A stretch of 35,899 nucleotides of DNA. Origin: a virus (lineage: Duplodnaviria > Caudoviricetes). Under the pieces are notes generated by a model that worked only from the letters and a program-made list of their open reading frames with translations, was not told where the DNA came from and ran no database searches. The translations under genes and the position numbers were made by a program. Location of the stretch: positions 1 to 35,899 of IMG/VR virus record IMGVR_UViG_3300046832_000788; one strand, 5' to 3'. Below, piece by piece: positions 9,311 through 18,690 of this stretch (the stretch's first letter is position 1; every line of letters starts with the position of its first letter).

Positions 9311-10357
9311 TTAAGAGGTTGGATCCTCTGTTGAAGCAATGATGAAGTCTACATCGTTATCAGCGTTGTAGTTTTCATTTCCTGGAACGTTGTATGAAGA
9401 TGTTGAACCCTGTGAAGTGAAGTCTGTCACTGCACGTGAGTTAGCGGCTACTAAAGCTGTACCAGCGTCTGATGCAGATGCAATAGTGCCTGATGTTGTT
9501 GTAGTGTATGTAAATGTTGTAGTTGTTGGTACAGCAGTAATCGTGTATGTACCGTTCAACGCTGTGTTAGTTAGACCAGAAACAACTACTGAATCGCCAG
9601 CTTCAAATGTATGAGCTGCAGAAGTAGTAACAGTCGCAGTAGCGCTTGTACGAGCAACGTTAGAGATTGTCTTTGAGATATCTCCGTGCCAGCGGTAGAA
9701 GCCCTTGCGGCCTGTTGGAGCCCAGTATGAACGAGCGTATGAGTATGGACGCTCTGTAGCTGTTGGGAACTCCCAGCGCTCGTCAAGACCCATTGAGAAT
9801 GCTGTGTTTCCAAGGCCGTAACCTTCGAATGTGTTTGCAAGCAAACCATTCTCAATTACGCGGTCGCCTGAAAGGCGAAGCTTTGCGTATGGGAATACCC
9901 AGTGGAAGTAAGGAAGTGTTGAAGCCTTCTTACCGTCGATGATTGCGTGTGACCATGTCTCGATAGCAACACCGTTACCTGCAGGATCATCACCTGTTGC
10001 AGGAGAAGACCAACCAACAGATTTACGATCTGGTGAAGCGTATGTGCCAAGGTTCTTACGAAGCAGTAAACCGCCTGAAAGAAGTTGTGTTAATTCTGGG
10101 TCTGGCTCACAGATAGCAAGTTCCATCGTGATACGCTTTAGTGTATCTGGAGACTTGTATGTTACGCAGACAGCGCCGTTAGCGCCCTTTTCTGTAATTT
10201 CATCGCCTTCTTCGTATTCAGGTGTGAATGAAAGACGCATGAACGCAGATGTTGTGTAGCTGTCGCCAGGCTCATTCAGGAGGTTGCCAGACGCGTCAAG
10301 TCGAGTTACTCGAATTGAGACGCCCTGAATACTGGCGGCGTATTCTTGAGTTGCCAT
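9311..10357 (-). CDS. Major tail (tube) protein with inserted beta-repeat domain
   Basis: IRVTRLDASG, PEYEEGDEITEK.ANG.VCV and YFHWVFP motifs resemble actinophage tail tube proteins. GGAGA RBS upstream. Confidence 0.85.
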   Translation of the reverse strand: MATQEYAASIQGVSIRVTRLDASGNLLNEPGDSYTTSAFMRLSFTPEYEEGDEITEKGANGAVCVTYKSPDTLKRITMELAICEPDPELTQLLSGGLLLRKNLGTYASPDRKSVGWSSPATGDDPAGNGVAIETWSHAIIDGKKASTLPYFHWVFPYAKLRLSGDRVIENGLLANTFEGYGLGNTAFSMGLDERWEFPTATERPYSYARSYWAPTGRKGFYRWHGDISKTISNVARTSATATVTTSAAHTFEAGDSVVVSGLTNTALNGTYTITAVPTTTTFTYTTTTSGTIASASDAGTALVAANSRAVTDFTSQGSTSSYNVPGNENYNADNDVDFIIASTEDPTS

Positions 10358-10414
10358 TGTTTTTTGTTTCTCCTTATTTAGAGGCGGTATTTAGAAGTTG
10401 TTATAGAGCTTATT

Positions 10415-11278
10415 CTATGCCGTCAGATCAACTCTGACTGCGAGATGGATAGACGGGTCAAAGTAAACCGCCGCTGGGCGAATTGCCTTAATACGCATAT
10501 CGTTCTGATTTCCTGCTACATCATAGCTCTGGGCTAGAGTGTCAGCTACGACATCGATGTCGCCAAGAAATGTCCTGACTGAACCGGTGCCGTACATCCA
10601 TTTGTTTGTTGCTGACGCTGTTGCGCCTGTCACGTCAGTTGGGCCTGCTCCAGAATAACCTGAACCAATGATAATCTTGGTCCCGCTAATTGTCTGAAGA
10701 TGGCCTGCTTCGTTGTGAAAAATCATGTAGTTAGATGATAGAAGACCAGCTACGTCCTTTGTCATGTGAATGACGCCATTTTCTCCAGCTGGAGAAGTGT
10801 CTCCTAGCTCAAAGTCTAGAAGGGCAAGCGCGCGTTGAACAGACAGCGCAGTAGTGCTATTGACAAGAGTCGCGGTTGAAGCGCTAAGTGCTTTGTTCGC
10901 GTGGGATTCGCCTTTTCTAATCGCGCCGTCCCATAGCTCGCGCTCCATTGCCTTTTGAGTTCCACCCTCAAGTTGGCGCTTAACTCTTGCAACATAGTCA
11001 AGACCAGGGAACCCTAATGCCGAGCGATAGTCTTCAGCTTCAATAAAAAATGGTTTAATTTCTGTATAGCGCTCAGGGGTAGTGTTAGATACCAACGTAC
11101 TTGACGTTGTGTCAGTGTCATCATAGTTGACAAGACCACGGATAGTTGTGTCCCACTCGTGTGAGAATCCGCGAATCCATTGATCTTCTTCAAATTGAGT
11201 CTCAGGCTTAGCTACGGTGAATAGACCGAACTCCGAAGGAGTAATCTTCGGGGCTTCAAAAATTCCTGTAAAAGCCAT
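10415..11278 (-). CDS. Putative minor capsid / capsid decoration protein
   Basis: 287 aa immediately after the major capsid gene, with FGLF, ERELWDG, GVIH and GSGY motifs seen in post-capsid genes of this phage type. Confidence 0.55.
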   Translation of the reverse strand: MAFTGIFEAPKITPSEFGLFTVAKPETQFEEDQWIRGFSHEWDTTIRGLVNYDDTDTTSSTLVSNTTPERYTEIKPFFIEAEDYRSALGFPGLDYVARVKRQLEGGTQKAMERELWDGAIRKGESHANKALSASTATLVNSTTALSVQRALALLDFELGDTSPAGENGVIHMTKDVAGLLSSNYMIFHNEAGHLQTISGTKIIIGSGYSGAGPTDVTGATASATNKWMYGTGSVRTFLGDIDVVADTLAQSYDVAGNQNDMRIKAIRPAAVYFDPSIHLAVRVDLTA

Positions 11279-11320
11279 CTTTAATTCCTAATCTAAAAGT
11301 TTAGTTTTTTGTTTCGTATC

Positions 11321-11346
11321 GGGGGAGCTCGTTTCCAAGCTCCCCC
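11321..11346. terminator. GC-rich hairpin downstream of the major capsid gene
   Basis: GGGGGAGCT-N8-AGCTCCCCC, a perfect 9-bp stem without a U-tract on the minus strand. May be a partial terminator or 3' stabiliser. Confidence 0.6.
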
Positions 11347-11367
11347 TCAACGACTACCGAATAACTA

Positions 11368-13377
11368 TTAGTATTCGATTACTGCTGCTGTAACGCCACC
11401 TAGTGTGTCGCGGAGAGCTGCTGCTGCACCGTTTACAGAGATGGTTGATGTTACCTTAATTGATTCAACGCCTACCTTAGCAACGCCTTCAAATGTTTCT
11501 ACGAACATCTTGTAGTCGTTTGTGCCAACGAGGGTGGAGTCACGGATGATACCTAGATCCAGTGTGCCGCCGTCTAGGAACAAGAATGTTCCTTCAGCGA
11601 ACAAGTACCAGACGAATGTGTCTGTGAACTCGTTCATTGCGTTTGCACCCTGTGCGGTTGTAAGAGCTGAACCATCAAGTGTGTAGCACACGTTGATGTT
11701 ACGTGATGCAAATAGACCGTCGATCTCACCATATGCATTGAGAGTTGAGTCTCCAGGCATTGATAGAGTTAGGTCAGCTACCATTGCGTCCTTGATCCAT
11801 GCTGGCATGATTGCACGAAGTGGCGCATCAGCCTCTAGACGGTGACGTGAACGGTACGCTGCTGCAGCGCGGCCAATCTGTACTAGGAAGTCACGAGCAA
11901 CACCGATGATTGATGTTGAAGTAACTGCTGTTGAAAGCGCATCTAGACGAGTCAAGATTTGGCCTTCAGCCTCACGTGCGTGCTGGATTAGACCAAGCTC
12001 GTTGTGACGAGCGATCAATTCAGGATACGCGCGAGTAAGAAGGTTACCGAACTGTAGCTGTAGTGTTACAGCGTCAGTTGCGACTGTTGTCTCAGATGCT
12101 GCTGTTACAGTCAAGCTTAGCTTAGCTGATGGTGATGGTGTTTCTGCTGAATCGTTTGCAGCAGTCCAGATGCCTACAGCGTTAGCGTAGTCAGATAGAA
12201 CTGGTGGAACGATGTAGCGGATACCGCCACGGTCTGCTTGGAAGCGAGGTAGGCAATCGCGAACTGGGCGCACTGCTGAGCCAAGTCCGAAGATGTCATA
12301 CTTAACTTCGAATGGAGCCTGATGGCCACCAGAAGCAACAAGTGCCTCAGGACCGACTACATTCTGGATCTTGTTCCAGTTAGATTCTGCATCTGTTGAA
12401 AGAGTGCGCTCTTCTGGGTATTGTGTGGTGATAGAAGCAACAATGTGCTGCTCTCCATCTCCACCGTTTACACGACGAAGTGTGTGCAAGCGCTTTGACA
12501 TTGCTTGTGCAACTTCTGACATGTCTGTAATTGCAGATCCGGCTGTGTAACCAGGGATATCAGCGCCTGCAGTGATTGCCACTGGAGCTACTGAAGCCTG
12601 TGCTACTGGGCGGCGATCTGCTGGAGCTTCAATTAAAGCGTCCGGCTCGTTTGCGGCGGCGGTCACTGGTGCCTCCTGATCTTCCTGCGCTGTAGGCGCT
12701 TCGGTTGTTTCGATTGTTTCTGTTGATTCCTCAACTTCAGCTGATGCAACAACTGCTTCTTCAGCAGGTGTTTCTGCAACAACTTCAGCCTCGGCTGGTT
12801 CTGTTGAAAGCTCGGCTTGTGGAGTTGCCTCTACCGCAGCTTCAGTTGAAACTTCTTCTACAGCAGCTTCAGCTACTGTCTCAGTCTCAGTTGCAGCAAC
12901 TTCTTCTGGAGCTGAAAGTTCAGCTGCAGGCTCTGTTGCCTCTGTTGTGGTTGTTTCGGTTGGTTCTACTGAGGTTGATAGTTCAGATGCTTCTTCCACA
13001 GATGTTGACGCTGCCATTGGCATTTCCTTCTTCTCTTCTTCAGGAGCCTCTTCAGGCTTCTCTTCAGTTTCGGCAGGAGCTTCTTTAGGCATATCGCCTT
13101 CTGGAGCTTCTGCAGGTGCATCTTCTTCGCCTTTAACGCGCATTGCTGCTTCCGCAGCACGTGCTGCAAGCTCTTCAGCTGCAGCTGCACGACCCTTGAT
13201 TTCACCGCGAACGGTGTCAAGCATATCGGCTAGAGATGTCATGGCGTCTACTGTCTGGGGAGTTGGATCTTCCTTCTCAACCGTTTCAAACTCATTGACG
13301 ATAGATGTCTGTAACTCGGCGAGTTGTTCCTCGCTAAGCTCAGAGAGCTGGTCAATCATTAGTTTAATTTGGTCCAC
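11368..13377 (-). CDS. Major capsid protein with fused N-terminal scaffold region
   Basis: 669 aa. N-terminal helical segment plus a long acidic E/A/T/P tract, then ALVASGG and a capsid-like body (RPVRDCLPRFQADRGG, FLFLDGGTLDLGIIRDSTLVGTNDY). GGAGGAGG RBS before a GTG start. Confidence 0.9.
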   Translation of the reverse strand: MDQIKLMIDQLSELSEEQLAELQTSIVNEFETVEKEDPTPQTVDAMTSLADMLDTVRGEIKGRAAAAEELAARAAEAAMRVKGEEDAPAEAPEGDMPKEAPAETEEKPEEAPEEEKKEMPMAASTSVEEASELSTSVEPTETTTTEATEPAAELSAPEEVAATETETVAEAAVEEVSTEAAVEATPQAELSTEPAEAEVVAETPAEEAVVASAEVEESTETIETTEAPTAQEDQEAPVTAAANEPDALIEAPADRRPVAQASVAPVAITAGADIPGYTAGSAITDMSEVAQAMSKRLHTLRRVNGGDGEQHIVASITTQYPEERTLSTDAESNWNKIQNVVGPEALVASGGHQAPFEVKYDIFGLGSAVRPVRDCLPRFQADRGGIRYIVPPVLSDYANAVGIWTAANDSAETPSPSAKLSLTVTAASETTVATDAVTLQLQFGNLLTRAYPELIARHNELGLIQHAREAEGQILTRLDALSTAVTSTSIIGVARDFLVQIGRAAAAYRSRHRLEADAPLRAIMPAWIKDAMVADLTLSMPGDSTLNAYGEIDGLFASRNINVCYTLDGSALTTAQGANAMNEFTDTFVWYLFAEGTFLFLDGGTLDLGIIRDSTLVGTNDYKMFVETFEGVAKVGVESIKVTSTISVNGAAAALRDTLGGVTAAVIEY

Positions 13378-13378
13378 T

Positions 13379-13462
13379 GTCCCTCCTCCGGGCCAGTCAT
13401 GATGAACGAGTTGTTCATTCGCTAATCAGTCAAGGCCGAGGGACTTAATGCGGCGCATTAAG
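13379..13462 (-). promoter_or_regulatory. Structured 5' leader of the major capsid gene
   Basis: On the minus strand GTCCCTC-GGCC can pair with GGCC..GAGGGAC, which covers the SD. There is an inner ATGAAC/GTTCAT hairpin and an adjacent palindrome CTTAATGCG-G-CGCATTAAG (13444-13462). Confidence 0.55.
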
Positions 13463-13497
13463 GCACTCCACCTAAATTGAATAATACATTATATTTC

Positions 13498-16400
13498 TTA
13501 GGTTAATAGTCTGAGAAGCTTGCTTAACTCAGAGGAAATTTCCTGCTGAGTAAAGTAATCTCCGCCAGACATAAACGACCTAAGTCCCGTGGTCGCCTCT
13601 TCGGTGTCATCAGCACCGATCTTTTCTTCTACCCTTGACATCATCTCTTTAATAAGATTTTGAAGGGCTGGAGGAAGATCGCTATAGCGTACCTTCTCCG
13701 TATCGCTCCCGAAAGGCAAAGGAAGGTTAGCAATAACCTCACCTAGGGCTTTTGCCGAGGAACGAATATTCTCTAGTGCGTCTGGGTTAAGTGCGCCTTC
13801 GTCAATACGGTCAACTATAGAGATAACATCTCCAGCCGACTTAGTAGCTTGTGCGTAGTCGCCAGCGTCGTCAAGGTTCTCTGCTTCTTCAATCTTCTCG
13901 ATGACGTTTTGAAGACCAGAAACGCCTGCGTCCTGCTTAATGCGGGCTAAAACTTGACGAAACTTACCTTTTGCATCGCGCGGTTGAGTGTCAGGGTTAT
14001 ATTTACCCTGCTCTTCAGCCTCAACCGCTAATGTTTTTCCCATATCATCGCCTAGCTTAGCAGAAAACTCTGCGAGACGAGCGCGTAGATCGTCTACGTC
14101 CTCGTCTACGGTAGATAGTGATTTCCAGTTTTCTGGGATGAGATCTGGGCGATCAAACTTACGTGCCATCTTTGAGATGTGGCGGCGAACAGCTGCTCGC
14201 TTACCTGGCTTAGAGCGACCGTACGCTTGGATAGAATCCTTTAGAGAATCAAGGTTTGTAATTGGGTAAGAACCATCTGGAAGAGCCTTACCTTCCTTGG
14301 CTAGCTTCTGGCGCTTCTCGCGGGAGATGTAACCAAAGTTGTCGTCATAGCGAGGCTCGCCGTGGATACGCTCGTAGGCTGCATCGGCAACAGCTGAAAG
14401 CTGAGCTAGACGCTCCTCGCGAACAAGATCAAACTTTGCCTTAGCGACATCCGCTTTTACAGAAAGCTGTGCATTTTCTAACTGCTCCAGTTTTTCAATT
14501 CTAGAGCTTAATTCTGCGACAGGATCTGACTTCATGCGTGCAAGTACCTGGGCACCTGCGGCAACCAATGCCATAACCGCGCCTGAGGCTACACGAGCGC
14601 GTGCGATAGGGAAGCCTGGTACGTTTACCTGGCAAACTGCAACGAGCTCAAGTTGACCCTTGATTGGACGCCAGTCACCAGAAGGTGCAGACGCGCGAAG
14701 GGCACGAACCTGCTCCGGTGTAACGCCTGGGCGAAGTGAACCAGCAACCCAGATACCGAAGGCGTCCTCGCCTGCGTGAACATCCGCGATTGCAGAAGCT
14801 GTGTCGTCGTAGTGACGAGAAGCTTCAGCCGCAGATGCCTCTAGTGAAGCGTGGCCACCAGCTAATGTTAATTGACCTACTGGCATGTCCTTACCATCAT
14901 CGGTACGGATAACTCCTGTGTGGAAGTAGGCGTACTTGCTCTTTGAGCGAGGTGGGCGGGTGCCAAATGACATTCCAATGTGATCTACATGCCATGCAGC
15001 AATGTGACCAAATACTCGGCCATCGTCGTCAACTGTCAACGGTGTTGCCTGAGATAGCTTTGGATTGTCGAACCACGAGCGTGGCGGAACGACAGGAACA
15101 GAGCCAGCAACGAGACCGCAAGCTACTAAAGCTGATGCCTCGATTGGATCCATTTCGTCGACGTATATTCCGTCGGGAACCACTATGTCCTCCTGTTTCT
15201 TGTCATTATTGACAAGGTAGATTTGGCACTCTTGAAATGCCGGTTTAGGCACTAGAGTTACCGCCATGACACGCGCATGAGTAATCATGAGCTTGTCTGT
15301 TCCAATTTTACCAGCATCTTCATCTTCAGATAATTCAACTGTGTGCTGGCTTGCCTCAAATTGATCCAAGTCAGCGGAAACGCCACGGATAAAGCCTTCG
15401 CGCACTAGACGCTCTGCCTCTTGCCCGTACGCACCTGAGTCAAAGACTCCGGTTGCATTTCCAATACCATTTTCAACGCGCTCCATGGTGTCGATGCGAC
15501 CTACCACTACTGAGCCATTGTGCCCTTCAGCAGATTTGATCTGCCACATTAGAGGAAGAGGAAGCTCACGAATTTCAATCGCGCCCTTCTTAAACTTACG
15601 TCCGTCACCAGACTCAAGATCCTCAGGAATTACAAGAGGAATTCTAAAGGCAGCGCCTTCAGTAATCTCAATATGCCCGTCGGCTAAAAGAACTCTTTCT
15701 CGAGCATCTGCTGCACGAGCGGAAAGAACTGAAGCCTCTAAAACTTCATCGTATGAGCGAATATCGTCCAATGCAAACGCACCCTTCTTCTTTCCAGGAT
15801 TGCGCTTGTCTCCAGGCCACATCCCGGTCATTTCATGATGACGCAAAGAGCAGTAGCCCTTAGCGCGTGGACCCATGTACTTCTTTAGTTGTCGATAGCA
15901 ACGTGTCCAATCGCCAGGTGTGTTCCAGCGAATCTTTAGTCCACCCTTACCAACAGTCCAGTAGCGACGTAGGTTTTCAGCGTTTCCACGATTACGGTCT
16001 GCACCACCTGCAGCGGTCATAACCATAACGTTTCCGCCTGCGCCCCAAAGAAGAGTAAAGAACTCTGCGTCAGCGCCAGCTGTAAGAACTGGCTTGATTC
16101 CATCTACCTGCTCGATAACACTCTTAAGTGATTCTCCGTCTAGAGGAATAACTGGAGGAGGCGTTGGAGAGTTTAGGTCTGCAAGAACTTCCTCTTCGCG
16201 CATCCACTTATTATCGCGACGGATGTATGTCATAGGGTCAGTAGATGTAGAGCTTGCAGGCACTAACGAGACAAGCTCAAGTACTGCACTAGGATCGTCT
16301 TGAGAGACGATTGCAAAGAACATAGGCTGAACATCAGAAGTTTCTGGAGATGTCTCTGAAGACTTACCAGCTTTTTCCGCGCTACCACGAATAATTGGTT

Positions 16401-18078
16401 GGTAGTACATCTTGTTTGGGTAGTAATACTTACCGTCAGACCCTTTAACCTTCTTATTTAAGAAGGACCGTAGTAGCGGGTGCTCGTAAGGATCTGTAAT
16501 TATCTTTACACCAGTTAATTTTTCAAGAGCCTTAATAGTCTCTGATTTTTCAATCTGCGGCGCTTGCCCTGGTCCTGTAACAAGTTTTTCTGTCTTTGAC
16601 GCACCTGAGCTAGGGTTTGCCTTAAACGCATCGCGTTGAGACTTAACCCATGCTGGCCAGTCGCCCATAATCTTTCCAAGGTCCTCAGGTGATAGCGCTG
16701 GAAGAGTTCCAGGAATTTTTGCGTCAGGACGATCAATTGGAACACGTGGCTCACCAAGAATACCTGATGTGTCTAGTCCTTCAAATTCAATAGGTGCTCG
16801 TGTAGAAGAGGTAGGTGTCGCAGTAGCTTCTGGCTCTGTAGCTACAGCTGGAACATCAACGATGCTGCCAGAATCAAGCTGAACACGCACGCTCTGCTTT
16901 GCAGGGTCAAGTGCGATGATGTTTCCTGCACCCTTTTGAGTATCTCCGCCAATAACTACGCGTGAACCCATCTTTGAAAACTTACCTGTCTTATCGCGTA
17001 CTTGCTTTTGAACGTTTTCAGAGCGCTCTTCGGGAGAGTAGACTCCGTCTTCCGGATTTACGGCTGCAATCATTGCTCTGTCAATCATCTCGTAATCAAG
17101 TTCAGACGCGGCCGCAAGAATCATCTCTGCTTCGTCATAGTTTACATCAAATAAAGAGACAAAATGATCTGGGTTTTCCTGGAAGCAAGCGCTAAGGAAC
17201 ATAGCAGTCTCAGCGTCAATTTCAACGTGGGTCTTTTCGACTCCGTCTGCATCTCCGTCAAGTGCTAGGTCATAGCTTACGAGATCCGCGTCAACTCCTG
17301 GAAGCGCATGCCAGAAGCCTGCGTCCCACACCGCAACGTTATACGCCTCATCAATTTTGTATAGGCGGTCGATACCTGAGCCGTCCATTAGCATACGGGC
17401 AATAAACTCAACTGCTCCGATTTCTGTCGCAGAAGCCTCCCTAAACGCATCGACCTCGGCGCTGTAGGTAGTATCGGTTGCGTAGTCGTAAAGGTCATCT
17501 TCGTAGCCTTGGTCTGTATATCCGTCAGCTCTTAAAGCTTTTTTGTTTTCGCGCTCGACGATTGCTCGCGCCCAACGCCACGCGGTGTCCCCGCCCCAGA
17601 GAGCCCACGCAATACGCCCACGAGAAGGAAAGCCCTTCTCACCTGGCTGATAGCCTTCCGCCTTCTTATCAATCTCATGGCGAGGAAAATACTTAGCAAT
17701 ATGGCGAACTTTTTCAATTCCAATTTGGCCACCCTTCGCAAGTGTACGTGCGGAGTTTACTCCTACAGATGTTCCACCACGGTTATATTCCTTACGCCAC
17801 TCTAGACCGCGCTTAGCTTCCTCTTGAGCGCCCTTAGGGATAGTGTACATGCGACCAGCCGCGGCAACAACCGCAACGTCAAGTGTAGTCAATGCAGCCT
17901 GAGCAAGATCAGCGATAGTCTCGTCGATCTCTACGCTAGAAGCATCCCATAAAGCTGACGCGACAAGAGCTGTTAACGGACCAGAGTCTACTACGACGTT
18001 TTCTTCGATGTCAATAATGACGCCGGAGTTCTCGTTAGAGAAAAGAACCTGTGAGCCATTCTTTCCTACGATATCCAT
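13498..18078 (-). CDS. Multi-domain capsid maturation (prohead) protease polyprotein
   Basis: Directly upstream of the major capsid gene. Protease-like core at ~15210-15650 (SGDGRKF, LPLPLMWQ, GH.GSVVVGRID, GVSADLD) flanked by several other domains. Likely start is ATG 18078 (AGGA RBS). Confidence 0.78.
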   Translation of the reverse strand: MDIVGKNGSQVLFSNENSGVIIDIEENVVVDSGPLTALVASALWDASSVEIDETIADLAQAALTTLDVAVVAAAGRMYTIPKGAQEEAKRGLEWRKEYNRGGTSVGVNSARTLAKGGQIGIEKVRHIAKYFPRHEIDKKAEGYQPGEKGFPSRGRIAWALWGGDTAWRWARAIVERENKKALRADGYTDQGYEDDLYDYATDTTYSAEVDAFREASATEIGAVEFIARMLMDGSGIDRLYKIDEAYNVAVWDAGFWHALPGVDADLVSYDLALDGDADGVEKTHVEIDAETAMFLSACFQENPDHFVSLFDVNYDEAEMILAAASELDYEMIDRAMIAAVNPEDGVYSPEERSENVQKQVRDKTGKFSKMGSRVVIGGDTQKGAGNIIALDPAKQSVRVQLDSGSIVDVPAVATEPEATATPTSSTRAPIEFEGLDTSGILGEPRVPIDRPDAKIPGTLPALSPEDLGKIMGDWPAWVKSQRDAFKANPSSGASKTEKLVTGPGQAPQIEKSETIKALEKLTGVKIITDPYEHPLLRSFLNKKVKGSDGKYYYPNKMYYQPIIRGSAEKAGKSSETSPETSDVQPMFFAIVSQDDPSAVLELVSLVPASSTSTDPMTYIRRDNKWMREEEVLADLNSPTPPPVIPLDGESLKSVIEQVDGIKPVLTAGADAEFFTLLWGAGGNVMVMTAAGGADRNRGNAENLRRYWTVGKGGLKIRWNTPGDWTRCYRQLKKYMGPRAKGYCSLRHHEMTGMWPGDKRNPGKKKGAFALDDIRSYDEVLEASVLSARAADARERVLLADGHIEITEGAAFRIPLVIPEDLESGDGRKFKKGAIEIRELPLPLMWQIKSAEGHNGSVVVGRIDTMERVENGIGNATGVFDSGAYGQEAERLVREGFIRGVSADLDQFEASQHTVELSEDEDAGKIGTDKLMITHARVMAVTLVPKPAFQECQIYLVNNDKKQEDIVVPDGIYVDEMDPIEASALVACGLVAGSVPVVPPRSWFDNPKLSQATPLTVDDDGRVFGHIAAWHVDHIGMSFGTRPPRSKSKYAYFHTGVIRTDDGKDMPVGQLTLAGGHASLEASAAEASRHYDDTASAIADVHAGEDAFGIWVAGSLRPGVTPEQVRALRASAPSGDWRPIKGQLELVAVCQVNVPGFPIARARVASGAVMALVAAGAQVLARMKSDPVAELSSRIEKLEQLENAQLSVKADVAKAKFDLVREERLAQLSAVADAAYERIHGEPRYDDNFGYISREKRQKLAKEGKALPDGSYPITNLDSLKDSIQAYGRSKPGKRAAVRRHISKMARKFDRPDLIPENWKSLSTVDEDVDDLRARLAEFSAKLGDDMGKTLAVEAEEQGKYNPDTQPRDAKGKFRQVLARIKQDAGVSGLQNVIEKIEEAENLDDAGDYAQATKSAGDVISIVDRIDEGALNPDALENIRSSAKALGEVIANLPLPFGSDTEKVRYSDLPPALQNLIKEMMSRVEEKIGADDTEEATTGLRSFMSGGDYFTQQEISSELSKLLRLLT

Positions 18079-18079
18079 A

Positions 18080-18676
18080 TTACTTGTTTCCTGTCTCGTC
18101 GGTAGGCTGAGGGTCAAATACTAAATCGCCAACTACGCCATCGGCGGTCTGGCCATCCATATAATCTAACAGCCATGCATTAGGTCCATTAGGATCAACT
18201 GAGCCTAAAGCTGCGAATACTAGCTCTAGCATTCCAGGCGCAGTAATATCAATTTCTTCATCCTCAGATGAAAGTTGATCAAGAAGCTCAGGAAAATCTA
18301 GTAGCACCTGCTCGATGTCGACAGATCTAAGCGCAACGCCAACGGACTTCTTTGATTCTTCTAGCGCATTGCTAATTTCCTGATCTTTTTCCATCTTAAG
18401 CTTTTCGCTCTTGATAGCAATCTTCTCGCTAGGCTCTTCAAATGGAGCAGAGAAATAGTAGTTACTAAGATTAAAGCGTGAAAGATCAAGATAGTCGTCT
18501 ACAGTATATGACTTACGATCCTTCTTAACAGTGTCCAGTAAAAGCTGAACTCTCTTGCCTGGATCAAATAGCTCATTACTGCTAGAGAAAATATACTTAA
18601 AGCCTTTATCAGTTGCTACTATTGAAAACGCATGAGTGTTGTCAGTCATGTCAAACGCGCGGATTACCTTTATCAT
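18080..18676 (-). CDS. Hypothetical protein
   Basis: Likely start ATG 18676 with TAAGGAG RBS. Tightly packed between the two giant genes. No recognisable motif. Confidence 0.7.
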   Translation of the reverse strand: MIKVIRAFDMTDNTHAFSIVATDKGFKYIFSSSNELFDPGKRVQLLLDTVKKDRKSYTVDDYLDLSRFNLSNYYFSAPFEEPSEKIAIKSEKLKMEKDQEISNALEESKKSVGVALRSVDIEQVLLDFPELLDQLSSEDEEIDITAPGMLELVFAALGSVDPNGPNAWLLDYMDGQTADGVVGDLVFDPQPTDETGNK

Positions 18677-18690
18677 TTCGTATTTTCTCC

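Noticed and set aside
12660-13130. Tandem DNA repeat in the capsid gene
   Set aside because: It is low-complexity Glu/Ala/Thr/Pro coding sequence without a fixed nucleotide period.
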